A DNA stretch of 64,000 bases from Syntrophorhabdaceae bacterium (lineage in GTDB: Bacteria > Desulfobacterota > Syntrophorhabdia > Syntrophorhabdales > Syntrophorhabdaceae), in the NCBI GenBank assembly GCA_963666485.2, contig CAXXUO010000008.1, positions 1 to 64,000 on the forward strand, in the 5' to 3' direction. Positions 1 through 8,904 of the stretch are shown piece by piece. The position numbers and the translations under genes were made by a program. The notes beneath the pieces were generated by a model, which saw only the letters and a program-made list of their open reading frames with translations, searched no databases and was not told the DNA's origin. Each line of letters starts with the position of its first letter. Position 1 is the first letter of the stretch.

Positions 1-44
1 CGGCGGGACGTGGCGGGGGCGGCGGACGTGGCGGCAGACGATAA
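1..44 (+). CDS. 3' end of a Gly/Arg-rich protein (partial), possibly DUF3300 family
   Basis: Frame reads AGRGGGGGRGGRR then TAA at 42-44, followed by AGGAGG. DUF3300 genes with GGRR tails commonly precede DUF2950 genes; the family call is from context only. Confidence 0.45.
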   Translation, partial: AGRGGGGGRGGRR

Positions 45-55
45 GGAGGCCGAAT

Positions 56-1012
56 ATGAAAAAAGAACAGAGCTGAAAATAGAATATCGACCGGTATCCT
101 GCTCGCTGCCTGCCTTATCCTGGCGATCATGGTGACCGTGGCATTTCCGGCGCATTCGCGCTCAGGACAGACAAAGGACATTTTCGTCCCCGGAAGATGC
201 CGTAAATGCCCTGATCAAAGGGCTCAAAGACAACAATATGAAAGAGCTGAACGCCATCTTCGGACCGGAAGGGAAGAAGATCCTTTATTCCGGCGACCCG
301 GTGGCCGACAAAGCAGCGCGGGAAAAGTTCATTTTCCGCGTTCGAAAGAAAAAAAACGCACTGATACGGCAAGGCGATACGAAGGCTATCCTCCAGTTGG
401 GCAAGGACGATTATCCTTTCCCGGTCCCTATAGTGCAGAAGAAAAGGGAAATGGTCGTTCGATACGAAGGCGGGAAAAGATGAGATGCTCAACCGGGCGA
501 TCGGAAGAAATGAACTGAACACGATCGAGACCTGCCTCGCGTTCGTCGACGCAGAGCGCGAATACGCCTACGCAGACCACGGGAGCGGCGGTTTTCACGA
601 ATATGCCCGGAAATTCGTCAGCTCGCCGGGAAAGCACGACGGGCTTTACTGGGATGCAAAAGAAGGGGAACAGGAGAGTCCTCTCGGCGATCTTTTTGCC
701 CGGGCCGCGGCTGAAGGCTACAAGAGGAAAGGCGACAAACCCATCCCCTATCACGGATACTATTTCAGGATACTGACATCCCAGGGTAAGAATGCCGATG
801 ACGGAGCCTTCGATTACATCATCGATGGAAAAATGATAGGCGGTTTTGCCCTGGTGGCCTATCCTGCCAGGTACGGCAGCTCGGGGGTCATGACATTTAT
901 CGTTAATCATGAAGGGATCGTTTACCAGAAAGATCTCGGGCCAAAGACCCCGCAGATCGCGCAATCCATGAAACAATTCAACCCCGACCCGTCCTGGAAA
1001 AAAGCCCGGTAG
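56..1012 (+). pseudogene. DUF2950-family exported protein with several frameshifts (probably sequencing errors)
   Basis: AGGAGG RBS then ATG at 56. Segments in different frames join into one protein: signal peptide, QRTFSSPEDAVNAL, DYPFPVPIV, GKWSFDTKAGKDEMLNRAIGRNE, PYHGYYFRIL, GFALVAYPARYGSSGVMTFIVNHEGIVYQKDLG. Shifts fall near 60, 150-160, 332-356 and 440-445. Confidence 0.75.
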
Positions 1013-1044
1013 ACCCTGTTCACAACAAAAAAATAAATAACATT

Positions 1045-1073
1045 GCCCCCCGGAAACGGGGGGTTTTCTTTTT
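1045..1073 (+). terminator. Rho-independent terminator
   Basis: GCCCCCCG-GAAA-CGGGGGGT hairpin followed by TTTCTTTTT, downstream of the DUF2950 stop. Confidence 0.85.
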
Positions 1074-1086
1074 ATGTAATTCCTTC

Positions 1087-1133
1087 TTGACAAAAATCAG
1101 TGTTGAATTTTAAACTGTACCGTCTGGACTGTA
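1087..1133 (+). promoter_or_regulatory. sigma70 promoter and candidate TetR operator
   Basis: TTGACA (1087) -18 nt- TAAACT (1111). Imperfect palindrome TACCGTC-TG-GACTGTA (1118-1133) lies over the likely start site. Confidence 0.6.
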
Positions 1134-1158
1134 TACTTTCAAAAACGAGGTGGCTACC

Positions 1159-1734
1159 ATGAGCCCCAGGGCGAGTTCTTACAACATTATCATTGATGCG
1201 GCGGAGGCCGTCGTTATCGAGGCCGGCGCATCGCACATGACGCTCGATGCGGTCGCGGCAAAGGCGGGTGTCAGCAAAGGCGGCCTGCTCCATCATTTCC
1301 CGAACAAGGTGTCTCTTCTCGTCGCAATGGTGGAACGCCAGATAAAGATGCACCAGGATGCGCGTAAAAAGATCCTGAGGAGCATTCCGAAGGACCCGGG
1401 GCGCGAGTTGAAGAGCTTCGTTATTGCAGCGAAAAACAAGAACCCCATGCACAACACGCTCGGTGCGTCCATGTTGGCCGCCGTGTCCCACGATCCCCTT
1501 CTCAAGGAGCCGATCCGAAAGGTCGTGCGCGAGAATTACCGGAAATTCACCGCGTCGGACATGGGATTCGAAAAAGCGGCCATAATTGCGCTCGCCGTCG
1601 ATGGTATGCGGTTCCAGGAAATGCTCTTTATATCGCCTTTCGACGAAGATCAACGGTCGAGGGTATTCGAAGAATTGCTCCGTCTCGTCGACAAATTCGG
1701 GGAAACTAAAAACAAGAGGCATAAAGATGAATGA
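1159..1734 (+). CDS. TetR/AcrR family transcriptional regulator
   Basis: HTH motif TLDAVAAKAGVSKGGLLHHFPNK. ATG 1159 chosen because GAGGTG lies just upstream. First gene of the efflux operon. Confidence 0.92.
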   Translation: MSPRASSYNIIIDAAEAVVIEAGASHMTLDAVAAKAGVSKGGLLHHFPNKVSLLVAMVERQIKMHQDARKKILRSIPKDPGRELKSFVIAAKNKNPMHNTLGASMLAAVSHDPLLKEPIRKVVRENYRKFTASDMGFEKAAIIALAVDGMRFQEMLFISPFDEDQRSRVFEELLRLVDKFGETKNKRHKDE

Positions 1735-1789
1735 AATGCCCCGGTACCTTATCAGAACAATGATAATCACAACAGGAAAGAGGTGGCGT

Positions 1790-3097
1790 ATGCGGTATTC
1801 CGGTACAACGAAAATTGTCGCTGTCATGATCATGGTGCTGCTTGCCGTCATGACGTCCGGATGCAAAGGAAAGATGGCGCCTCCTCCTCCGCCCGAGGTC
1901 GCCGTCGTTACCCTTCAAACGGAAAGGGTGACCATAACCACGGAGTTGCCCGGCCGGGTGTCGCCGTACCTCATAGCCGAGGTCAGGCCCCAGGTCAACG
2001 GAATTGTCAAGAAACGTCTCTTTACGGAAGGTGCGGATGTCAAGGCAGGAGAGCTCCTGTACCAGATCGATCCCGCCCCGTACCAGGCCGCATTCGACAA
2101 CGCAAGCGCATCGCTCGCGCGTGCCGAGGCCAACCTTCCCCCCGCCCGCTCAAAGGCACAGCGGTATAAGGAACTTGTGGCGATAAAGGCCGTCAGTCAG
2201 CAGGAATTCGAAGACGTGTCCGCCCAGCATATGCAGGCAGAGGCCGACGTGAAATACTGGAAGGCGGCCGTCGAGACGGCGCGCATCAATCTCGAGTACA
2301 CCCGGATCAAGGCCCCCATCGCAGGGCGCATCGGTAAATCCGCCGTCACGGTTGGCGCTCTTGCCACGGCAAACCAGGCAACACCGTTCACCACCATCCA
2401 GAAACTTGACCCGGTATATGTCGACGCGACCCAGTCGAGCGCCAACCTGCTCCACCTCAAGCGGATCATAGCCGAGGGAAAACTGGTCCTGAAAGGGCCC
2501 GACAGCACAAAGGTGAAGCTCATGCTCGAGGACGGCACGCCGTATGACCAGGAAGGGATCTTGAAATTTTCCGATATAACGGTCGAACCGAGCACCGGAT
2601 CGTTCATTCTCCGCATGGTCTTCCCGAACCCGAAACATACCCTGCTTCCCGGCATGTATGCCCGGGCCGTGGTCCTCGAAGGGGTGGCCGAAAACTCGCT
2701 GCTTGTCCCCCAGCAGAGCGTTACCCGCGACCCCAAAGGCAATCCGTACGTTCTCATTGTCAACGCACAGAACAAGGTAGAGGTACGACCGGTCGTTGCG
2801 CCAAGGGCAATGGGAGATAAATGGTTCATCACTGAGGGGCTGAAAAGCGGCGATAAAGTGATAGTTGAAGGCATTCAGAAGGCGATGCCCGGCGCTACGG
2901 TAAATCCCGTGCCCTATAAACCGGCCCCTAAGAATGCAGCTCAGGCGCCGGGGAGTCCGCCCGCACCAGCCAAGGAAACGCCTGCGGCTGCGGATACGTC
3001 ACCGGCGAAAGCAGCGCCCGCCGCACCTGCCCAGCCTGCGGCCCCGGCGAAAGCCGGGAATCCGAAACCGGCTGGAGAGACCACAAAGGCGAAATGA
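1790..3097 (+). CDS. RND efflux periplasmic adaptor (AcrA/MexA-like lipoprotein) with an Ala/Pro/Lys-rich tail
   Basis: ELPGRV..AEVRPQVNGI, LYQIDPAPYQA and APIAGRIG motifs; lipobox TSGC. Start moved to ATG 1790, after GAGGTG. Confidence 0.93.
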   Translation: MRYSGTTKIVAVMIMVLLAVMTSGCKGKMAPPPPPEVAVVTLQTERVTITTELPGRVSPYLIAEVRPQVNGIVKKRLFTEGADVKAGELLYQIDPAPYQAAFDNASASLARAEANLPPARSKAQRYKELVAIKAVSQQEFEDVSAQHMQAEADVKYWKAAVETARINLEYTRIKAPIAGRIGKSAVTVGALATANQATPFTTIQKLDPVYVDATQSSANLLHLKRIIAEGKLVLKGPDSTKVKLMLEDGTPYDQEGILKFSDITVEPSTGSFILRMVFPNPKHTLLPGMYARAVVLEGVAENSLLVPQQSVTRDPKGNPYVLIVNAQNKVEVRPVVAPRAMGDKWFITEGLKSGDKVIVEGIQKAMPGATVNPVPYKPAPKNAAQAPGSPPAPAKETPAAADTSPAKAAPAAPAQPAAPAKAGNPKPAGETTKAK

Positions 3098-3110
3098 GCG
3101 GAGGCAATTA

Positions 3111-6100
3111 ATGTTATCGAAATTCTTCCTCGATCGGCCCGTCTTCGCATGGGTTATCGCGATCATAATAATGCTCCTCGGGGTCCTGGCGATCCACAAT
3201 CTTCCCATATCCCAGTATCCCCCGATAGCGCCGCCATCCATATACATCGCAAGCACATACCCGGGTGCCTCCGCTGAAACGGTCGAAAATAGCGTCACGC
3301 AGATCATCGAACAGAAATTGACCGGGCTCGAGAATATGATTTACCTGTCGTCTACCAGTGATTCGTCCGGCAGTTCGCGCATAACACTGACGTTTGCGCC
3401 GGGCACTGACCCCGACATCGCCTGGTCAAAGGTCCAGAACAAGCTTCAGCTTGCGATGGCCAGCCTGCCGCAGACCGTGCAGCAACAGGGAGTTACCGTC
3501 GGAAAGGCGACCCGGAACTGGCTCATGATCATCGGTCTTATCTCCGATGACAACAGCATGGACGGAAATGATCTGAGGGACTACGCCCAGTCGAACCTGG
3601 AGAAGGTCATCGCGCGCATCCCCGGTGTCGGCGAAGTGGAAAATTTCGGTTCCCAGTACGCTATGCGTATCTGGTTCGACCCAACCAAACTCGTTAATTA
3701 CAACCTGACCGTGACCAACGTGACCGACGCGCTCAAAACATACAATGTCGAGGTGTCGGCGGGGCAGTTCGGAGGCGCCCCGGCCATCCCGGGCCAGAGG
3801 CTCAACACATCGATCATCGTGCAAAGCATGTTGAAGACGCCGGAAGAATTCGGGGCAATACCTGTGCGTACAAACCCCGACGGTTCCGTCGTGCACATCA
3901 GGGACATCGGGCGGATCGAACTCGGCACGGATGCCTACGACATTGAAAGTTTCTTCAACGGGAAGCCGTCCGCCGCCATGGGAATACGCATGGCCTCCGG
4001 CGCGAATGCCCTCGATACGGCGGATGCGATCAAGGCAAAGCTCAACGACATGAGCCGCTTCTTCCCCAAGGGCCTCAAGGTCGTTTATCCCTATGATACG
4101 ACACCTTTTGTCAGGGTAGCGATCGGTGAGGTCGTGGAGACGCTGCTCGAAGCCATACTCCTCGTGTTCCTCATCATGTGGCTTTTCATGGGGAGCATCC
4201 GGGCGACCCTCATCCCAACCATCGCGGTGCCTATCGTTATCCTGGGGACATTTGCCGTCCTGCAATTCTTCGGTTTTTCGATAAATATGCTGACGATGTT
4301 TGCAATGGTCCTGTCGATAGGCTTGCTTGTCGATGACGCGATCGTCGTTGTGGAGAACGTCGAACGTATCATGAGTGAAGAAGGGCTTCCGCCGAAGGAA
4401 GCCACAGCCAAATCGATGGGCCAGATAACGAGCGCGCTTATCGGCATCGGCCTCGTGCTTTCCGCGGTCTTCGGGCCGATGGCATTCTTTGGCGGTTCGA
4501 CGGGCGTCATCTACAGGCAGTTCTCGGTCACGATCATCGCCTCGATGCTCCTGTCCGTTGTCGTCGCGCTCATCCTGACGCCTGTCCTGTGCGCCACCAT
4601 CCTGAAGCCGGTCCCGAAAGGCCACGAACCCGCGGAGAATGCCCTTCCTATCCTGCGCCCGTTCTTTAAGTGGTTCGACAAGAAGTTTTTCAGACTGCGC
4701 GACGTATACGTCGGCATTGTCGGAAAATCCTTTGGAAGGCGAAAATGGTATTTTGTCGGGTACATTGTCATTGCCGGCCTTGCCGCGCTCACCCTTCTCC
4801 ATATGCCGACATCCTATGTCCCTGACGAAGACCAGGGAATAATGCTTGCCCAGGTCATGTTGCCGACCGGTTCCACCATCGAGCAGACCAAGGAGGTCGT
4901 CACGAAGCTGCAGCAATATTTCCTGGAAAAAGAGAAGGATGCTGTCAGGTCGTGCATGACCATTTCCGGGTCGGGATTTTCGGGGCGGACCCAGACAAAC
5001 GGCATGGTATTCGTCCAATTAAAGGACTGGAAGCTCCGCGGCAAGTCAAGCCTCAAGGTGAAAGCGGTCGCCATGCGGGCAAGCATGGCGTTTTCGCAAT
5101 ACCGGGGCGCCCTGGTGTTCGCGTTCCCGCCGCCCGCCGTTATCGAGCTCGGCATGGCGACCGGGTTCGATTTCATGCTGCTTGATCGCGGGGGCCTGGG
5201 GCACCAGAAATTAATGGAGGCCCGCAACCAGCTCCTTTACATCGCGTCTCAGGACAAGCGTCTGACCAAGGTGCGGCCGAACGGGATGGAGGACATTCCG
5301 GAATACCGCGTCGATATCGACTGGGAAAAGGCCGGCGCCCTCGGGATACCGATCAATGCCATTCACGACTCGATCGTAACGGCGTTCGGCAGTTCGTACG
5401 TCAATAACTTTATCCAGGGCGGTCGCGTAAAACGTGTCTTCGCCCAGGCCGATGCTCCCCACCGGATGCTGCCCAAGGATATAGACAAGCTTTACGTGCG
5501 CAACAGCAAGGGCCAGATGGTGCCTTTCTCGGCGTTTGCCACGAGCCATTGGTCGACAGGGTCGCCCCGCCTCGAACGCTACAACGGCTTCCCGGCACTC
5601 AACCTGTGGGGCGAACCCGCCCGCGGCGTGAGTTCCGGCGATGCCATGAAGGCCATGGAAGAAGCTGTTGCAAAACTGCCCCCCGGGGTCGGTTACGAAT
5701 GGACCGGGTTATCCTACCAGGAAAAAATGTCAAGTTCGCAGGCGCCCCTTCTTTATGCTTTTTCCGTCATTGTCATCTTTCTCTGCGTGGCAGCCCTGTA
5801 TGAAAGCTGGCCTATACCGATCGCCAACCTTCTCATGCTCCCGCTCGGTATCTTTGGGGCGACGCTTGCGACCTGGTCCCGCGGCTTCTACAGTGCTTCG
5901 CTCGCCAAATGGTTTCCCGGGACTATCGTGCACAACTTTAACAACGACGTTTATTTCCAGATCGGGTTCTTGACCACGCTGGGCCTGACCACGAAGAACG
6001 CGATCCTGATCATCCAGTTCGCCCGCGAGAGGATGGCGAACGGCGAAGGATTGATGGATGCAACGCTCGGCGCCGTCAGGACAAGGCTGCGCCCCGTCAT

Positions 6101-6344
6101 CATGACATCCCTTGCGTTCTTCTTCGGCGTCCTGCCGCTCGCGCTGGCCGGAGGGGCCGGGGCCGGGGCCATGTCTGCCATCGGCACCGCCGTGGCCGGA
6201 GGTATGCTCTCCGCCACGTTCATCGACCTCTTCTACATTCCGCTCCTTTTTGTGGTCGTATCCGAGTTCTTTAAGCGAAAGGAACGTTCCCAGGCACCGC
6301 AACAGCCGGCCCCCGATCCCGTACCAGCCCCGGAGGTTGAGTGA
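3111..6344 (+). CDS. RND efflux permease, HAE1 family (AcrB/MexB-like)
   Basis: FFLDRPVFAWV start, GLLVDDAIVVVENVER, KNAILI and RLRPVIMTSLAF motifs. ATG 3111 follows GGAGG. Confidence 0.96.
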   Translation: MLSKFFLDRPVFAWVIAIIIMLLGVLAIHNLPISQYPPIAPPSIYIASTYPGASAETVENSVTQIIEQKLTGLENMIYLSSTSDSSGSSRITLTFAPGTDPDIAWSKVQNKLQLAMASLPQTVQQQGVTVGKATRNWLMIIGLISDDNSMDGNDLRDYAQSNLEKVIARIPGVGEVENFGSQYAMRIWFDPTKLVNYNLTVTNVTDALKTYNVEVSAGQFGGAPAIPGQRLNTSIIVQSMLKTPEEFGAIPVRTNPDGSVVHIRDIGRIELGTDAYDIESFFNGKPSAAMGIRMASGANALDTADAIKAKLNDMSRFFPKGLKVVYPYDTTPFVRVAIGEVVETLLEAILLVFLIMWLFMGSIRATLIPTIAVPIVILGTFAVLQFFGFSINMLTMFAMVLSIGLLVDDAIVVVENVERIMSEEGLPPKEATAKSMGQITSALIGIGLVLSAVFGPMAFFGGSTGVIYRQFSVTIIASMLLSVVVALILTPVLCATILKPVPKGHEPAENALPILRPFFKWFDKKFFRLRDVYVGIVGKSFGRRKWYFVGYIVIAGLAALTLLHMPTSYVPDEDQGIMLAQVMLPTGSTIEQTKEVVTKLQQYFLEKEKDAVRSCMTISGSGFSGRTQTNGMVFVQLKDWKLRGKSSLKVKAVAMRASMAFSQYRGALVFAFPPPAVIELGMATGFDFMLLDRGGLGHQKLMEARNQLLYIASQDKRLTKVRPNGMEDIPEYRVDIDWEKAGALGIPINAIHDSIVTAFGSSYVNNFIQGGRVKRVFAQADAPHRMLPKDIDKLYVRNSKGQMVPFSAFATSHWSTGSPRLERYNGFPALNLWGEPARGVSSGDAMKAMEEAVAKLPPGVGYEWTGLSYQEKMSSSQAPLLYAFSVIVIFLCVAALYESWPIPIANLLMLPLGIFGATLATWSRGFYSASLAKWFPGTIVHNFNNDVYFQIGFLTTLGLTTKNAILIIQFARERMANGEGLMDATLGAVRTRLRPVIMTSLAFFFGVLPLALAGGAGAGAMSAIGTAVAGGMLSATFIDLFYIPLLFVVVSEFFKRKERSQAPQQPAPDPVPAPEVE

Positions 6345-6345
6345 T

Positions 6346-7776
6346 ATGGCACGATACGCGATCATATTTGCCCTTATAGCAACAGTCCTTGCCGGGTGCA
6401 CGCTTATCCCCGAATATAAGCGCCCCGATGCGCCGGTGCCGGCAGCGTGGCCCACCGGCCCCGCGTATAAGGAAACGGGAAGCGACTTCAAGGACACACC
6501 TGCTGCCAATGTCAACTGGCGCGAATTTTACACGGATGAGAAGCTGCAGAAGGTCATTGAAATGGCCCTCAATAACAATCGCAACCTCAGGGTCGCAGCC
6601 CTCAATATCGACAAGATGAGGGCCGTGTACGGGATCTCTCGGCTCGTCGTGCTTCCGCTGCCGGATGCCAATGGGAGCCTGAATTATTACAGGAACCCCG
6701 CCGATATTGCCGACAGCAACGATGCCAGGAATATCCGCCTGTACAATGCGAACTTCGGCGTTACCTCATGGGAGATAGACTTTTTCGGCCGCATCCGCAG
6801 CCTGTCCGAGAGGGCGCTCCAACAATACTTTGCAACAGAGCATGCACGCAACGGCGTCCAGATCGCCCTGATCGCCGACGTGGCGAACGCCTACATGCTC
6901 CTTGCAGCCGAGCGTGACGCGCTGGAACTCGCCCGGTCGACCCTCAAGTCCCAGGAGGCATCCCGGGACATGATAAAACGCCGCTATGAGCTCGGCGCAT
7001 CGTCACAGATAGACTACGACCAGGTGACGACCAGGGTGGAAGCGGCACGGGTCGACGAGGCCCGGTTCACGAACCTCGTTGCCAACGATGAAAACACCTT
7101 GAATTTTCTTGTCGGTTCCCCCGTTCCCCCGGAGCTGCTCCCTGAAAACCTTGCCGCGATCAAGACCCCGAAAGACATCTATCCGGGCCTTTCCTCCGGC
7201 ATACTCCTCGGTAGGCCCGACATTCTGGAAGCGGAAAGCCTGCTGAAAGCGGCCAATGCGAACATAGGCGCCGCACGGGCTGCGTTCTTTCCCCGCGTCT
7301 ACCTCACGACAAATGTCGGGACCACGAGCGATGAATTGTCGGCACTGTTCAAAGCCGGCTCCCAGTCATGGAGCTTTGTGCCCCAGGTCACCGTCCCCAT
7401 ATTCAGCAACGTCATAAACTGGGCAAATTTGAAAGCGGCAAAGGCTGACCGCGAGATATTTATCGCACAATACGAGAAGGCGATACAAGCGGCGTTCAGG
7501 GAAGTTGCCGACGCGCTCGCCCGTCGCGGGACAATAATGGACCAGACGAGAGCTCAGCAGCTGCTCACCGATTCATCGCAAAAGATCCGCGATCTTTCCA
7601 TGGCACGCTACAAGAACGGGATCGACAGTTATCTCAACGTCCTCGACGCGGAGCGAAGTTACTACAGCGCCCAGCAGGGCCTCATCGCCATCCATTTTTC
7701 GCGCATGGCAAACCTGATCAATATGTACAAAGTGTTGGGTGGCGGGGGGATGCCGGAACCTGAGAAAAAACCGTAA
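6346..7776 (+). CDS. Efflux outer-membrane factor lipoprotein (OprM/NodT family)
   Basis: Lipobox LAGC, WEIDFFGRIR, RPDILEAE..LKAANANIGAARAAFFP, YKVLGGG. Confidence 0.94.
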   Translation: MARYAIIFALIATVLAGCTLIPEYKRPDAPVPAAWPTGPAYKETGSDFKDTPAANVNWREFYTDEKLQKVIEMALNNNRNLRVAALNIDKMRAVYGISRLVVLPLPDANGSLNYYRNPADIADSNDARNIRLYNANFGVTSWEIDFFGRIRSLSERALQQYFATEHARNGVQIALIADVANAYMLLAAERDALELARSTLKSQEASRDMIKRRYELGASSQIDYDQVTTRVEAARVDEARFTNLVANDENTLNFLVGSPVPPELLPENLAAIKTPKDIYPGLSSGILLGRPDILEAESLLKAANANIGAARAAFFPRVYLTTNVGTTSDELSALFKAGSQSWSFVPQVTVPIFSNVINWANLKAAKADREIFIAQYEKAIQAAFREVADALARRGTIMDQTRAQQLLTDSSQKIRDLSMARYKNGIDSYLNVLDAERSYYSAQQGLIAIHFSRMANLINMYKVLGGGGMPEPEKKP

Positions 7777-8039
7777 GGCGTAAGGCGTGAGAGCGTAAGG
7801 AGTTCCCCTTTCATCGTCATCCCCCAGAGGGGCCGTAGCGCAATTCCCCCCACTCCGTCATCCCGGCGAAAGCCGGGATCCAGTGTCTTTGCTTTTGCTT
7901 TTAGTCAATAATATTAATTATATGCGGTAGTAGACCTGTCTCAGATTAGACACGGTTTTGATCGACTATATAAAGAAGAAAAATCCTGGATTCCGGCCTC
8001 CGCCGGAATGACGGCATGGGAGAAAGGTCTTTCGCCTTA
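7772..8039. repeat. Heptamer-bounded intergenic cassette A containing a palindrome doublet
   Basis: CGTAAGG units at 7772-7800 include the OMF stop TAA. The opposite end TTCGCCTTA includes the stop of the convergent gene. Inner arms are GTCATCCCGGCGAAAGCCGGGATCCAG (7857-7883) and CTGGATTCCGGCCTCCGCCGGAATGAC (7986-8012). Confidence 0.8.
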
Positions 8040-8273
8040 TACCGTTATATTTATCCTTCCCCCCTCTTCTTCACTATCCTCACCGGCGGGCAATTCGCGG
8101 CCGTATAATTTCATCGGTTTTTCGCGTTTTTCGTCTGCCGGGGTCTCCCTGGGCTGACGCTTCTGATTTTTCTCATCCTGCCTTTTCGGGCCGACGAATT
8201 CCTTCGAGACCGACAGCTTTCTGTCGGTCGGCTGTACATTTCTGAGAAGGTTCACCGGAAAGGATTCGTCCAT
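8037..8273 (-). CDS. Small charged hypothetical protein, probably co-transcribed with cheW
   Basis: 78-aa ORF starting 15 nt after the cheW stop, with a GAGG RBS; ends GGRINITV. Confidence 0.6.
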   Translation of the reverse strand: MDESFPVNLLRNVQPTDRKLSVSKEFVGPKRQDEKNQKRQPRETPADEKREKPMKLYGRELPAGEDSEEEGGRINITV

Positions 8274-8288
8274 TGCCTCACATCGTCC

Positions 8289-8756
8289 CTAGTTCATATC
8301 TATATTTTCGATATCCTTCCGTTCCGGGGAGGAGAAGATCTTCTTGAGCTCGAGAAGGATAAGGAGTCGTTCATCGAGCTTGCCGACCCCTTCTATGTAT
8401 TCCGATTCAATTCCCGCTACCATGGACGGCGGCGGCTCGATCGTATTCTCGGGGATCCTTAAGACCTCGGATACGGAATCGACGATAAAACCGAGCACAA
8501 GGCCGTCCAGTTCCACAACGATGATGCGCGTCGACTTGTCGTACGGCTGGTCTCTGAAACCAAGGCGCTTTCTCAGGTCAACGATGGGGATGATCTTGCC
8601 CCTCAGATTGATAACGCCCTCTATGAATCCCGGTGCGTTGGGGATCTTTGTAATATTCATCATCTTGTTGATCTCCTGCACCTTCAGGATATCGACACCG
8701 AATTCTTCCGTACCAAGTTTAAAAGTGACAAGCTGCAGAATAGCGCCATCGTTCAT
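8289..8756 (-). CDS. cheW: Chemotaxis coupling protein CheW
   Basis: LQLVTFKLGTEEFGVDILKVQEI, IPNAPGFIEGVINLRGKIIPIVDLR, GFIVDSVSEV. Confidence 0.96.
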   Translation of the reverse strand: MNDGAILQLVTFKLGTEEFGVDILKVQEINKMMNITKIPNAPGFIEGVINLRGKIIPIVDLRKRLGFRDQPYDKSTRIIVVELDGLVLGFIVDSVSEVLRIPENTIEPPPSMVAGIESEYIEGVGKLDERLLILLELKKIFSSPERKDIENIDMN

Positions 8757-8777
8757 GGGTACCTCCTCTTTCCCATA

Positions 8778-8804
8778 TTGTCGGAAGAAACCCGGGATAC
8801 TTAA
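8778..8804 (-). promoter_or_regulatory. sigma28-type promoter for cheW
   Basis: Minus strand TTAA-N15-TCCGACAA, compared with the FliA consensus TAAA-N15-GCCGATAA. Confidence 0.55.
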
Positions 8805-8823
8805 ATCCCTGTGTTTATTTCCT

Positions 8824-8850
8824 TAATATTACCGGCGTTCCAGCCGATAA
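8824..8850 (+). promoter_or_regulatory. sigma28-type promoter for the EAL-HDOD gene
   Basis: TAAT-N15-GCCGATAA. Confidence 0.72.
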
Positions 8851-8904
8851 TTATAGCAGGGTGAAAACCCTTAGCTTCAATCATAATCAGCAGTCGGGCA
8901 GACA

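Noticed and set aside
3426..5018. 530-aa antisense ORF, and similar ones at 10998-12410, 31887-33089, 33868-34995 and 51398-53050
   Set aside because: Shadow ORFs opposite well-supported GC-rich genes, with no recognisable motifs.
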